NCBI GenBank assembly: GCA_045594045.1
Contig: JAZNXV010000004.1
Location: 1,610-65,609, forward strand
DNA from: Clostridia bacterium
Lineage (GTDB): Bacteria > Bacillota > Clostridia > Christensenellales > QALW01
DNA: 64,000 nt
Reading direction: 5' to 3'
In this document: positions 56,964-64,000 of the stretch, one piece after another
Numbering within the stretch: the stretch's first letter is position 1
How the letters are laid out: each line of letters begins with the position of its first letter
The notes under the pieces: model-generated
Seen by the model: only the letters and a program-made list of their open reading frames with translations
Told to the model about the DNA's origin: nothing
The model's database searches: none
Position numbers and translations under genes: made by a program

Positions 56964-57827
56964 ATGTTAGTTTCTGCAAAAGAAATGCTTCAAAAAGCAA
57001 AAGCTGGCAAGTATGCCGTTGGTCAGTTCAACATCAACAATCTTGAATGGACAAAGGCTATTTTGCTTACTGCACAGGAGAATAATTCACCCGTTATTTT
57101 AGGTGTATCTGAAGGCGCTGCAAAGTATATGTGCGGCTTTAATACCGTTGTTGGTATGGTTAAGGGTATGATCGAAACCTTAAACATCACTGTTCCCGTT
57201 GCTATTCATCTTGACCACGGTAGCTACGAAGGTGCTTACAAGGCTATGGAAGCAGGCTTCTCTTCCGTAATGTTTGACGGTTCTCACTATCCTATCGACG
57301 AGAATATTGAAAAAACAAAGCAGATTATTGCCGACGCTAATGCAAAGGGCATTTCCGTTGAAGCCGAGGTTGGCGCTATCGGTGGCGAAGAAGACGGCGT
57401 TGTTGGCGGTGGCGAGGTTGCAGACCCTGCTGAGTGCAAGCTTATTGCCGATTTAGGCGTTGATATGCTTGCCGCAGGTATCGGTAACATTCACGGCAAA
57501 TATCCTGCAAACTGGGCAGGCTTGAGCTTTGATACTTTAGCCGCTATTCAGGAGCTTACCGGCACAATGCCTTTAGTTCTTCACGGTGGCACGGGCATTC
57601 CTGCCGAAATGATTAAAAAGGCTATTTCCTTAGGCGTTTCAAAAATCAACGTTAATACTGAATGTCAGCTTGCCTTTGCGGCAGCCGTAAGATCATACGT
57701 TGAAGCCGGCAAGGATTTAGAAGGCAAGGGCTTTGACCCCAGAAAACTTTTAGCCCCCGGTGTTGAAGCTATCAAGGCAACCGTTAAAGAAAAAATGGAG
57801 CTTTTCGGCTCAATCAATAAGGCATAA
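56964..57827 (+). CDS. fba: Class II fructose-1,6-bisphosphate aldolase
   Basis: 287 aa with ..GQFNINNLEW.. ..HLDHG.. ..GNIHG.Y... Confidence 0.93.
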   Translation: MLVSAKEMLQKAKAGKYAVGQFNINNLEWTKAILLTAQENNSPVILGVSEGAAKYMCGFNTVVGMVKGMIETLNITVPVAIHLDHGSYEGAYKAMEAGFSSVMFDGSHYPIDENIEKTKQIIADANAKGISVEAEVGAIGGEEDGVVGGGEVADPAECKLIADLGVDMLAAGIGNIHGKYPANWAGLSFDTLAAIQELTGTMPLVLHGGTGIPAEMIKKAISLGVSKINVNTECQLAFAAAVRSYVEAGKDLEGKGFDPRKLLAPGVEAIKATVKEKMELFGSINKA

Positions 57828-57851
57828 TAAATTACCTTAAAATATATATAA

Positions 57852-57887
57852 AAAACTCCTTAAGCTAATCTTAAGGAGTTTTGTTTT
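57852..57887 (+). terminator. Terminator of fba
   Basis: 13-bp stem aaaactccttaag/cttaaggagtttt followed by a T-rich tail. Confidence 0.8.
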
Positions 57888-57903
57888 ATAAAAATACAAG
57901 CAA

Positions 57904-57935
57904 AAAGCACACGGATCATCTATCACGTGTGCTTT
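57904..57935 (-). terminator. Terminator of the thrC-trpS transcript
   Basis: 10-bp stem aaagcacacg/cgtgtgcttt followed by U5 on the minus strand. Confidence 0.75.
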
Positions 57936-57939
57936 ATTT

Positions 57940-58944
57940 TTACAGCTTTTTAGGGGCCAAGCCCATTTTGCGTTGAACCTTTGCAAGAGTTTTTTCTGCT
58001 ACATAAGATGCTTTTTCTGCACCCATAGCCGCACATTTTTCGATGTAAGCTTTGTCTTCCAAAATACGCTTAAAGTTATCTTGAATAGGTTTAATTGTTT
58101 CAACAACCGCTTCGCCTACAGTCTTTTTAAAATCACCGTAGCCCTTGCCTATAAATTCCTCTTCAATTGCTTGAACAGACTTACCTGTGCAGGAAGAATA
58201 AATTTCAATTAAATTCGTAACGCCGGGCTTATTTTCAATATCGTGAATAATTCTGTTATCGGAATCAGTTACCGCACGGGCAAATTTTTTCATAACCAAA
58301 TCAGGCTCGTCCAAAATCGAAACGAAAGCGTTTTGATTTTCCGCGCTCTTGCTCATTTTACTTGTAGGCTCTGCCAAACTCATAATTCTTGCGCCGTTTT
58401 TGGGAATATACGGTTCAGGCACGGTAAAAGTTTCGCTGTAACTATTATTAAAGCGAATAGCCAAATCACGGGCAAGCTCAAGATGCTGTTTTTGGTCTGC
58501 ACCAACGGGAACAAGGTCTGTATTATACAGCAAAATATCTGCCGCCATAAGCACAGGATAGCACAAAAGACCGAGACCTACGTTTGCACCAACCTTTTTG
58601 CTTTTTTCCTTAAACTGCGTCATACGGTTTAACTCGCCCATATAAGAGTTGCAGGTTAAAAGCCATGAAAGCTCGCTGTGGGCAGGCACGTGAGACTGAA
58701 AGAACATAACGTTCTTTTCTGGGTCAAGGCCGCAGGCCATATATTGAGCATACAGCTCAATACAACGCTTTCTTAATTCCGCAGGTGTCTGCCGCACTGT
58801 TATTGCGTGTAAATCCACTACGCAAAAATAACAATTATATTCGTTTTGAAGCTCTTTCCAGGATCTGAGTGCGCCTAAATAGTTACCTATTGTAACGCAA
58901 CCCGAAGGTTGAATACCTGAAAATATAGTTTTTTTATCATCCAT
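57940..58944 (-). CDS. trpS: Tryptophan--tRNA ligase
   Basis: ATG 58944 (MDDKKTIFSGIQPSG..) shares its A with the thrC TAA stop (TAATG). The KMSKS motif is present. Confidence 0.93.
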   Translation of the reverse strand: MDDKKTIFSGIQPSGCVTIGNYLGALRSWKELQNEYNCYFCVVDLHAITVRQTPAELRKRCIELYAQYMACGLDPEKNVMFFQSHVPAHSELSWLLTCNSYMGELNRMTQFKEKSKKVGANVGLGLLCYPVLMAADILLYNTDLVPVGADQKQHLELARDLAIRFNNSYSETFTVPEPYIPKNGARIMSLAEPTSKMSKSAENQNAFVSILDEPDLVMKKFARAVTDSDNRIIHDIENKPGVTNLIEIYSSCTGKSVQAIEEEFIGKGYGDFKKTVGEAVVETIKPIQDNFKRILEDKAYIEKCAAMGAEKASYVAEKTLAKVQRKMGLAPKKL

Positions 58945-60428
58945 TATTTTTTCACCCAACTAATAACCGTTTCTGCCATTTTATCCTTATCGCAAACGGT
59001 TTTATGTAAGATTTCCTTTGTTTTAAGGCTTGCAATTTGTTCAGGCTCAAATACACCCATATTTTTAAGTGTATCTGCCGCTTCAAATTCATCTTCAGGA
59101 GCAGTGCCGAAAATTGCCTCAAGAACAGAGTGAGGGAACTTATAGGGGCTTGCTGTTGAAAGCAATACGCAAGGTGTATTATCGTTACTTTCCTTTACGT
59201 AATTTTCGTAAACTGCAACGCCAACGGCAGTATGTGTATCAATACAATAGTTATTATTATTCCACATATTTTTGATGGCGGCGCTTGTTTCATTTTCGTC
59301 AGCACAGCCTGCTACAAAGTTTTCCTTTAATGCGGTGTGCATTTGTTCTGTAATCTTGTATTCGCCGTTGGCTTTAAGCTTTTCCATTAAATCGGCAACA
59401 AACTTATCGTCTCTGCCGGAAAGTTCAAACAAAAGACGCTCAAGATTGCTGGAAATTAAAATGTCCATTGAAGGTGATGCCGTTTTGTAGAATTCGCGAT
59501 TAGCATTATAAATGCCGGTTGCAAAGAAATCAGTCAAAACTCTGTTTTTATTTGATGCACAAATAAGCTTATTAACGGGCAATCCCATACGCATAGCATA
59601 GTAGCCTGCTAAAATATCGCCAAAATTACCTGTGGGCACAACAAAGTTAACCTTATCACCCTTATTGATTTTGCCTTCTTTAAGCATATCTGCATAAGCG
59701 CTGAAATAGTAAACCACCTGTGGCACAAGCCTACCCCAGTTAATTGAGTTAGCGCTTGAAAGCTTTACGTTTTCGCCTAAAAGAGTGTTTTTAATTTCGT
59801 TATCGGAAAAAATCTTTTTAACACCCGTTTGAGCATCGTCAAAATTACCGTTAACAGCGCAAACAAAAACGTTGTTGCCTGTTTGCGTTGTCATTTGAAG
59901 CTGTTGCATTTTGCTTACGCCTTCGTTAGGGAAGAAAACGCTTATAGCCATACCGTCAACGTCAGCAAAGCCTTCTAAAGCCGCTTTACCTGTGTCGCCG
60001 CTTGTAGCAACTAAAATAAGTGTTGTTGCCTGCTCGTTTACCTTTTTGCGACCGTACCTTAAAAAGTGAGGTAAAATCTGAAGAGCCACGTCCTTAAAAG
60101 CAAGAGTCGGCCCGTGATAAAGTTCCATAACGGCAGTTTTATCATCAACAAAATGAAGAGGCGCAACACCCTGCTCATCAAACTTGCTTTCATAAGCACC
60201 TTTAATGCAATCTTTAAGCTCGCTGTCGGTAAAATCAGTCAAATAACGAGAGAGCACTGTAAATGCTCTCTCGGAATAAGACATCTCCGACATTGAGGCT
60301 ATTTCGTCTAAGCTTATTTGAGGAAAGCTTTCGGGAACGAAAAGCCCGCCGTCCTTTGATAATCCCTGAACAAAGCACTCTGCCGCAGAGAACTTTAAGG
60401 ACGAATCCCTTGTGGAAGTGTACAACAT
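58944..60428 (-). CDS. thrC: Threonine synthase (long form)
   Basis: 494 aa with MLYTSTR.., the PLP-Lys motif PTLAFKD and ATSGDTG. Confidence 0.9.
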   Translation of the reverse strand: MLYTSTRDSSLKFSAAECFVQGLSKDGGLFVPESFPQISLDEIASMSEMSYSERAFTVLSRYLTDFTDSELKDCIKGAYESKFDEQGVAPLHFVDDKTAVMELYHGPTLAFKDVALQILPHFLRYGRKKVNEQATTLILVATSGDTGKAALEGFADVDGMAISVFFPNEGVSKMQQLQMTTQTGNNVFVCAVNGNFDDAQTGVKKIFSDNEIKNTLLGENVKLSSANSINWGRLVPQVVYYFSAYADMLKEGKINKGDKVNFVVPTGNFGDILAGYYAMRMGLPVNKLICASNKNRVLTDFFATGIYNANREFYKTASPSMDILISSNLERLLFELSGRDDKFVADLMEKLKANGEYKITEQMHTALKENFVAGCADENETSAAIKNMWNNNNYCIDTHTAVGVAVYENYVKESNDNTPCVLLSTASPYKFPHSVLEAIFGTAPEDEFEAADTLKNMGVFEPEQIASLKTKEILHKTVCDKDKMAETVISWVKK

Positions 60429-60462
60429 ATTCTTTTATCCTTTTAAACCGTTATCCTTAAAA

Positions 60463-60876
60463 TTAATCAACTAAATATTTCTGCATAAAGGAAGGAATTT
60501 CCTCTTTATCAGCGCTTACAGAAAGAATAAGGTCAATTCTGTTTTCGCCACAGAAGCTATCAAGCTTAATGAACAAATCTTCAAGCTCCGTCATAGGACG
60601 GTCCATATGCTTTAAGAAGCCGTCAACATAAATTCTCTCTAAGTCAAAGTTAGAAGCCACTAAGCCGCTAACAAAACCAAGGAACAAATATGCACCTTTA
60701 ATGCCGTATTCCTCTGTATTTATAAAGCGTACCTGATGTTTAAGGTCGTGAATATAACGCTTGCTGTTAAATAAGAATGCTACATTACCCTTTAAGGTTT
60801 CGGATGCCTTATTTGCGCACTCGATAATCTTTTTTGTTTTGCCGGAACCCTTGTTGCCGTAAATAATTTTAATCAT
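60463..60876 (-). CDS. Small (137 aa) P-loop NTPase-like protein of unknown function
   Basis: MIKIIYGNKGSGKTKK (Walker A) and a possible Walker B at ERIYVDGF. The RBS is AAGGAGGA. It lies 34 nt upstream of thrC. Confidence 0.55.
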   Translation of the reverse strand: MIKIIYGNKGSGKTKKIIECANKASETLKGNVAFLFNSKRYIHDLKHQVRFINTEEYGIKGAYLFLGFVSGLVASNFDLERIYVDGFLKHMDRPMTELEDLFIKLDSFCGENRIDLILSVSADKEEIPSFMQKYLVD

Positions 60877-61031
60877 AAAAAATCCTCCTTAAAAGTTTCT
60901 GATTATATTATAAACTATTTTTGAAGAAATTTCCATACCTTTTTTATTAAAAATGCAAGTTTTTTAATATTTTTTATGTAAATTTATTCGTTTTTCTTTT
61001 TCAAAAAGAAAATCACCGTTTTCCTTAATGC

Positions 61032-62444
61032 TTATTTCTTTTCTAAAATAAAATTACTCAAGGAAGGATGCTCGAAAGCGGCGTGTACGTCAGGGTCAAT
61101 TTGCTTGAGCATAGCATCAAGCTCGGTATCACCCATAGCCGTATTTCTGCCTGCCGCATATTCGGCATCAACAAGTGCCTTCAAGTCACTTACAATCTGA
61201 CTGCGCTTATCAACAACGCGGTCACCCGTAAGCTTATAATAGCCGTTAATCCAATATGCAATTCCCGCAAGACCGCTTGTAGCATCAACGATAACCATGG
61301 CAGGACGGTTAAGTATCTTTTTAGTATCGAAGATATTGTAAATCTCTTCGTTTTTAAGCATACCGTCAGCGTGAATACCTGCGCGGGTTGAGTTAAAGTT
61401 TCTGCCTACAAAGGGAGTGTTGGCAGGAATTTCATAGCCGATTTCCTTTTCGAAATATTCGGCAATATCGGTGATAGCCGACAAGTCCATATCGTCGGTG
61501 GTTCCGCGAAGTGAAGCGTATTCAATAGCCATAGCTTCAAGAGGACAGTTCCCCGTGCGCTCGCCGATACCCAAAAGGGAGCAGTTTACGCTTGAACAGC
61601 CGTAAAGCCACGCTGTTGCGGCATTTGTAACAACCTTATAGAAATCGTTGTGACCGTGCCACTCAAGCTGGGCGCTGGGCACGCCTGCAAAGTGGTTAAG
61701 ACCGTAAATTATGCCGGGAACGCTTCGAGGCATTGTAGCGCCGGGATACGAAACACCGAAGCCCATTGTATCGCAAGCGCGGATTTTAATTGGAATACCG
61801 CTTTCCTTAGAAAGCTTCATAAGCTCATAGGCAAAGGGCACTACGAAGCCGTAAAAATCTGCACGTGTGATATCTTCAAAATGACATCTGGGAACTATCC
61901 CCTGCTCAAGTGCAGCCTTAACAATGGAAAGATATTTTTCCATAGCGCCTGCACGGGTAAGATTCATCTTCTTAAAAATATGATAATCCGAGCAGGAAAC
62001 AAGAATACCCGTTTCCTTTAAGCCCATAGCCTTAACAAGCTCAAAATCCTTGGGGTTAGCTCTTATCCAGCTTGTAATTTCAGGGAATTTTAAACCAAGA
62101 CTTAAGCACTCCTCAACAGCGGCTCTGTCCTTTTCGCTGTAAAGAAAGAATTCGCTTTGACGCACAATACCCTTGGGACCCGAAAGACGTGACAAGAGCT
62201 TATATATTTCAACAATCTGCTTAACCGAAAAGGGTGAAGTGGACTGCTGTCCGTCACGGAAAGTAGTATCGGTAATCCAAAGCTCATCAGGGGTTATCAT
62301 AGGCACGTGGCGATCGTTAAACGCAACCTTTGGTATTGTTTCGTACTCATAAAGGCTTCTGTAAAGATTGGGCTCAGGCACATCCTGGAGCGTATATGTG
62401 TATTGATGAACAGAAAGTCTGTTATGCTTATCTAATTCTAACAT
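61032..62444 (-). CDS. HMGL-like (homocitrate / isopropylmalate synthase family) enzyme, probably Re-face citrate synthase type
   Basis: 470 aa with an N-terminal extension ..YTYTLQDVPEPNLYRSLYEYE.. followed by WITDTTFRDGQQS. A TIM-barrel His/Asp pattern is present (HFEDITRAD, HGHNDF). Assignment to the Re-citrate synthase subgroup is from memory of Clostridium kluyveri-type enzymes. Confidence 0.5.
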   Translation of the reverse strand: MLELDKHNRLSVHQYTYTLQDVPEPNLYRSLYEYETIPKVAFNDRHVPMITPDELWITDTTFRDGQQSTSPFSVKQIVEIYKLLSRLSGPKGIVRQSEFFLYSEKDRAAVEECLSLGLKFPEITSWIRANPKDFELVKAMGLKETGILVSCSDYHIFKKMNLTRAGAMEKYLSIVKAALEQGIVPRCHFEDITRADFYGFVVPFAYELMKLSKESGIPIKIRACDTMGFGVSYPGATMPRSVPGIIYGLNHFAGVPSAQLEWHGHNDFYKVVTNAATAWLYGCSSVNCSLLGIGERTGNCPLEAMAIEYASLRGTTDDMDLSAITDIAEYFEKEIGYEIPANTPFVGRNFNSTRAGIHADGMLKNEEIYNIFDTKKILNRPAMVIVDATSGLAGIAYWINGYYKLTGDRVVDKRSQIVSDLKALVDAEYAAGRNTAMGDTELDAMLKQIDPDVHAAFEHPSLSNFILEKK

Positions 62445-63637
62445 TATTTCACTCCTTCTACAAAAGTTTTAATTCTGTCAAGTCCCTTTTTAATGGTTTC
62501 CATACTTGTTGCGTAGGAAAGCCTTATATAGTTATCTGCACCGAAGGGACCGCCCGGCACAACGGCTGTCATTGTTTCGTCTAAAAGAATTTCGGCAAAA
62601 TCCATTGAGTTTGTAATCTTCTTGCCGTTATAGCTTTTGCCTAAAACTTCTTTAATACAAACCATTACATAAAATGCACCCTTGGGCATTTGTGCACTTA
62701 TGTTCTTTGTGTTATTAACTGTTTCAACCATAAACTTGCGGCGCGCATCAAATTCGGCATACATGCCTGCAAACTCGTCATTTTCGTGTTCCAGTGCGGC
62801 AAGGGTTGCATACTGTGTAACTGTGTTGGGGTTGCCGGTTGCGTGGCTTTGATAGCTTGCAATAATTTTTGCTATCTGCTTGTTTGAAACCGAATAGCCC
62901 ATACGCCAACCTGTCATAGCATATGCCTTTGACATACCGTTAATTAAAATTGTACGCTCGCGCATATCCTCGTCAATTTGCATTACGGAAAAATGCTCTG
63001 CCTCGTCATATACAAGACAATCGTAAATCTCGTCAGAAACGATAAACAAGTCGTATTTCTTGGCAATTTCCGCAACGCGAACAACCTCATTCTTTGTAAG
63101 CACAACGCCCGATGGGTTAGACGGTGTATTTAAAATAATTGCTTTTGTGTTTTTCGTAATAGCCTTTTCGAAGGCTTCAAAATCAATGGAGAAATTGTTT
63201 TCCTCGTTGGTTTTAACGATAACAGGCGTTGCATCAGCCATCTTTATCAGCTCGGGATAGCTTACCCAGAAGGGAGCAAAAACAATTACCTCGTCCCCGG
63301 GATTGCATATTGCCTGCAATGCATTAAACAGTGCTTGCTTTGCACCTGTGCTTATTACAACGTTTTCCGCTTCGCAGGGAATTGAAAGTTTTTTTGCGGT
63401 AAACTCTGCAACCGCCTTTCTGAGCATCGGAATACCTGCGGCGGCGGTGTATTTCGTCTGTCCGTCAAGAATAGCCTTTACGGCTGCATCGAGAATATAT
63501 TTAGGTGTTTGAAAGTCAGGCTCGCCTGCGCCAAAGGAAACAACGTCAGCTCCTTCAGCCTTCATTGCCTTTGCCTTTGCATCTATGGCAAGTGTTACCG
63601 AGCCTTTAATACTTTGACATTTTTTACTTAATTCCAT
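62444..63637 (-). CDS. Pyridoxal-phosphate-dependent aminotransferase (aspartate aminotransferase class I)
   Basis: ATG 63637 (MELSKKCQSIKGS..) with GAGEPDF, NPSNPSG and SKAYAMTGWRMGY. The stop overlaps the downstream start (TAATG). Confidence 0.88.
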   Translation of the reverse strand: MELSKKCQSIKGSVTLAIDAKAKAMKAEGADVVSFGAGEPDFQTPKYILDAAVKAILDGQTKYTAAAGIPMLRKAVAEFTAKKLSIPCEAENVVISTGAKQALFNALQAICNPGDEVIVFAPFWVSYPELIKMADATPVIVKTNEENNFSIDFEAFEKAITKNTKAIILNTPSNPSGVVLTKNEVVRVAEIAKKYDLFIVSDEIYDCLVYDEAEHFSVMQIDEDMRERTILINGMSKAYAMTGWRMGYSVSNKQIAKIIASYQSHATGNPNTVTQYATLAALEHENDEFAGMYAEFDARRKFMVETVNNTKNISAQMPKGAFYVMVCIKEVLGKSYNGKKITNSMDFAEILLDETMTAVVPGGPFGADNYIRLSYATSMETIKKGLDRIKTFVEGVK

Positions 63638-64000
63638 TTTCTGTTTCCTCAATTTCTGCAGTATTTTTATTGTTAACAAATATTGTTTTAAAAAGTAATT
63701 CTATCATTGCAATTAACGGTGCGCCTAAAATCATTCCCACTATGCCGAACATAGCACCGAAAACTGCAATGCCTAAAAGCACAAGCAAGGGGCTTACCTT
63801 TAAAGCGTCGCTCGTTATAATGGGGGTTAAAATATTGCCCTCTATCTGCTGGCATACAAGCATAAATATCGTTACCCAAAATGCCAAGGTTAAATCGCCC
63901 GAAACAAGAGCTACAAGCACAACGGGTGCGCCACCGATAAATGGTCCGATATACGGTATTAAGTTAGTTACCGTTATAACCAAAGCAAGTAATAACGAAT
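63624..64000 (-). CDS. AI-2E family transporter (PerM-like); 5' part lies outside the window
   Basis: The frame is open to the window edge. The sequence NLIPYIGPFIGGAPVVLVAL...QQIEGNILTPIITS...PLLVLL is typical of the AI-2E/UPF0118 C-terminal half. Confidence 0.8.
   Translation of the reverse strand, partial: SLLLALVITVTNLIPYIGPFIGGAPVVLVALVSGDLTLAFWVTIFMLVCQQIEGNILTPIITSDALKVSPLLVLLGIAVFGAMFGIVGMILGAPLIAMIELLFKTIFVNNKNTAEIEETENGIK

Overview
This window is a 64-kb chromosomal, mostly housekeeping segment from a Gram-positive anaerobe that looks like Clostridia. The supporting evidence is a perfect CIRCE operator in front of groES-groEL, the Bacillus/Clostridium-type synteny secD-secF-recJ-relA-dtd-(MBL, hemZ-like)-hisS-aspS, an ecfA1-ecfA2-ecfT-truA block, and a radA/PIN-TRAM/ispDF neighbourhood. 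Coding density is high. I found no transposase, integrase, phage gene, CRISPR array or rRNA. There is one tRNA, tRNA-Ser(GGA). The left end (1-6827) is a multi-subunit NuoF-type [FeFe] hydrogenase operon (hydB, hydA). It is preceded by, and interleaved with, a sensor-type hydrogenase paralogue, a DRTGG protein, a PHP phosphoesterase and a stand-alone GHKL ATPase. I consider this cassette the best candidate for an uncharacterised regulatory system in the window. Other points worth a second look are listed below.
- An orphan Na+-pump decarboxylase beta subunit has an unlisted 46-aa OadG-like ORF and a roughly 175-nt structured leader ending in an intrinsic terminator, which could be a riboswitch or attenuator.
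- A PqqD (RRE)-S26B peptidase fusion lies downstream of groEL.
- A malic-enzyme gene is interrupted by a single in-frame TAA.
- A glycosidase-like gene is bracketed by two near-identical terminators.
- An inverted 3' fragment of tRNA-Ser lies next to the intact tRNA.
- An ATPase-FtsX fusion carries a very large extracytoplasmic domain.
- There are several small or unknown proteins.
All functional calls come from motif and family recognition by eye. No database search was run.
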